Shown here piece by piece: positions 62,201 to 64,000 of a stretch of DNA of 64,000 nucleotides. The notes beneath the pieces were generated by a model. It had not been told where the DNA came from. It ran no database searches and saw nothing but the letters and a program-made list of their open reading frames with translations. The position numbers and the translations under genes were made by a program. This DNA is from Meyerozyma guilliermondii (lineage: Eukaryota): assembly GCA_051546255.1 (NCBI GenBank), contig CP128818.1, forward strand, positions 62,001 to 126,000, written 5' to 3'. The first letter of the stretch is position 1. Each line of letters opens with the position of its first letter.

Positions 62201-63376
62201 TCATAACTGGTCCCGGAAGTTGGTGGGAGACACATTCTGGAGGTAATTGTGGTCGGCGAGACGTCGAGGCTTGATCAAGTGTTGGATCAAAAATGCCACA
62301 CCAAGCACCAACGACACGGCAGCTACGATGACATAGATCACTCCCAAACTCATATTGCGTCCTCCAAATATACTGCTTGTGGTGATGACGACGCTCTTGG
62401 TTCCTCCGAAAGACTTGGTAGGGTAGTTCATTACCACCGAAAACTGGTACGAACCGGAAGTCATGGTTTGAGTTTCGTTTTTTCCGTAGAGTTTGTAGAA
62501 AGACGGAAGACCGGCTGTTCGCATCCAATTTTGCAAGTGTTCCCATGTTTTTAGATCAGGAAGATTCTTTTCTGTGTATCCTTTGGGGTACATCTTGTAC
62601 CAATTGGGTGGAGGAACGATGTCTTCTGGCTTGTATTCGGTCTTCTTGTACTTGTGGTCACGGTCACTGCTCCATGATATGCCTTTATCACTCATTTCGT
62701 ACGTCTCGTTGTTGCTGGAGCTCTTGGCGTTGAGAAGCACCGGACTTGAGATGGTATCGTTAAAGTACGAATTGGCAATAAGACCACAAGGATAGATGAT
62801 TTTGTCTCCAACGTACTTCAATGGCTTGCACTTGTCGGTCAAGCTGTCTGAACTGACGGCGTTTCCTTTAAGTTGTTCCAAGTCGTATGATTCAACGTAT
62901 TTTCGGTGGTTTTGATAAAAGTTGGTGAGCTTATAGTACATGTACAATGGTGGTTTCAAGTCACGCGGCAATTCAAATTGAATATAGCAGGTTTTGATAT
63001 CGTCACCATAATCATCTTTATCGCTGGTCACTTTCCATTTAAAGTCCGGGTCGGTGTTTTTGTGACGAAAGTGGTGAGCGGTGTATTTGGAAGGAACCTT
63101 GACAAAGTCGTCTGGCTCGAGGTTTTCACAATTAGAGTAGTCTATCTCGAGAAGCTCCACGTTGTACGTAGTGTTGATGATGGCAATGCCCAACGGAGCA
63201 AAGATTACTGCCAATAATAAAAGAAGCGGAATCACCGATTTTGGAGTGAGTATCGGCTGCCATGCTTTTAGTCTCTGTTGACGGAATGCAGTATTGGGTG
63301 GACGTCTAGATTTGTGTATGGCGCTCACACCCTCGTCATCTGAGTCTGAGCCTCTTCTTCGACGGAGAAAGTCCAT
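62201..63376 (-). CDS. CDC50: Cdc50/Lem3 family phospholipid flippase beta subunit
   Basis: SRRPPNTAFRQQRLKAWQPILTP, YYKLTNFYQNHRKYV, PCGLIANS.FNDT, QNWMRTAGLP; two TM helices. Confidence 0.93.
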   Translation of the reverse strand: MDFLRRRRGSDSDDEGVSAIHKSRRPPNTAFRQQRLKAWQPILTPKSVIPLLLLLAVIFAPLGIAIINTTYNVELLEIDYSNCENLEPDDFVKVPSKYTAHHFRHKNTDPDFKWKVTSDKDDYGDDIKTCYIQFELPRDLKPPLYMYYKLTNFYQNHRKYVESYDLEQLKGNAVSSDSLTDKCKPLKYVGDKIIYPCGLIANSYFNDTISSPVLLNAKSSSNNETYEMSDKGISWSSDRDHKYKKTEYKPEDIVPPPNWYKMYPKGYTEKNLPDLKTWEHLQNWMRTAGLPSFYKLYGKNETQTMTSGSYQFSVVMNYPTKSFGGTKSVVITTSSIFGGRNMSLGVIYVIVAAVSLVLGVAFLIQHLIKPRRLADHNYLQNVSPTNFRDQL

Positions 63377-63499
63377 TTAGAGTTTACACAACAAGTTCTA
63401 AAAAAAACCACTTGTTTGATCGCGGGGCTCAGTGGCAGAGCACCAGTGCACCCACTATGAGGGAACGGCTAACTAGGGTTGTTCATTATCTACATTATG

Positions 63500-64000
63500 C
63501 TAGTCACGGCCCTTTTTTTTGGGCGCCTTCTTATCCACCTTCTTCTTGAAGTCTGTCTTTTCTTTCTGGGCCTTGAAAGCCTTCACATTGGCCTTCAGCT
63601 CACGAACTTCAAGCAGAATGGCTATGCCATCGACGGTGGTTTCTTTGGCATTTAAAGCCCTTCTCTGCGACTCAGCGTCCTGGAAATCACACAAGGCAAT
63701 GTTCATATTGGACTTGAGAAACTTAATAGGACCAAAGTTCTTTGTCAAGTGGTCCCGCAACGAATTTTCTTCCACATCCTTCACTCCACGAATGTAGATG
63801 GGGAACCAGTCTTCCTTCTTGTACTTGCCGTTTCCGCTCAGAACTCCATTACCAGCTACCGATGCTGCTGCCGAGCCGGAGGCTGGAGGCGACGACACCG
63901 CTGAGGGAGTAGAGACTTTTCTTGGAGCCGGTTTCGCAGCCTGAGCTCTCGACTCTTTGGCAGTTGCAGCCAACGCAGCCCACGTCAATGGTCCTTTTTC
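63500..64000 (-). CDS. BRE5: C-terminal part of a Bre5/G3BP-like protein (RRM); gene starts beyond the window
   Basis: TWAALA motif, low-complexity linker, RRM-like WFPIYIRGV...FGPIKFL...ALCDF; frame open to the window end. Confidence 0.65.
   Translation of the reverse strand, partial: EKGPLTWAALAATAKESRAQAAKPAPRKVSTPSAVSSPPASGSAAASVAGNGVLSGNGKYKKEDWFPIYIRGVKDVEENSLRDHLTKNFGPIKFLKSNMNIALCDFQDAESQRRALNAKETTVDGIAILLEVRELKANVKAFKAQKEKTDFKKKVDKKAPKKKGRD

Noticed and set aside
1..64000. tRNA or rRNA genes
   Set aside because: No cloverleaf with A/B boxes or rRNA-like sequence recognised

Overview
Gene-dense, intron-poor chromosomal segment of a budding yeast that appears to read CUG as Ser (CUG-Ser1 'CTG clade'), judged from CTG codons at conserved Ser positions in Nog2, CYP52 and Pil1. 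It holds about 35 protein-coding genes. Most are housekeeping: HOM6 end, IML1, SNO/SNZ pair, PEX22-like, LTE1, SLX9, FHL1, PRE2, RPL11, SPF27, RDS3, ASR1, TWF1, NDUFAF3, PIL1, two SYM1 paralogs, RTS1, IMD, NOG2, POP2, CDC50 and the BRE5-like end. An accessory block at about 33-52 kb carries a siderophore transporter, HEX1, an SDR, CYP52, STL1, IZH3, a MNN4-like gene, an AKR and an Ada-like regulator. Three spliceosomal introns are visible (SLX9, IMD, NOG2). Three snoRNAs can be read from the sequence: intronic snR54-like, intronic snR191-like and a free-standing snR50-like. The most notable items are: (1) an intact, repeat-expanded Ty1/copia Gag ORF whose pol region has decayed to fragments, a candidate domesticated gag; (2) a bacterial-type Ada Zn-finger/AraC-HTH protein with an acidic activation-like tail; (3) a cryptic Ndd1-like protein; (4) a 22-nt duplication that frameshifts the POP2 C-terminus. 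Gene names come from recalled motif similarity, not database searches. Start codons were moved to the first plausible ATG where the ORF track began at TTG/GTG.
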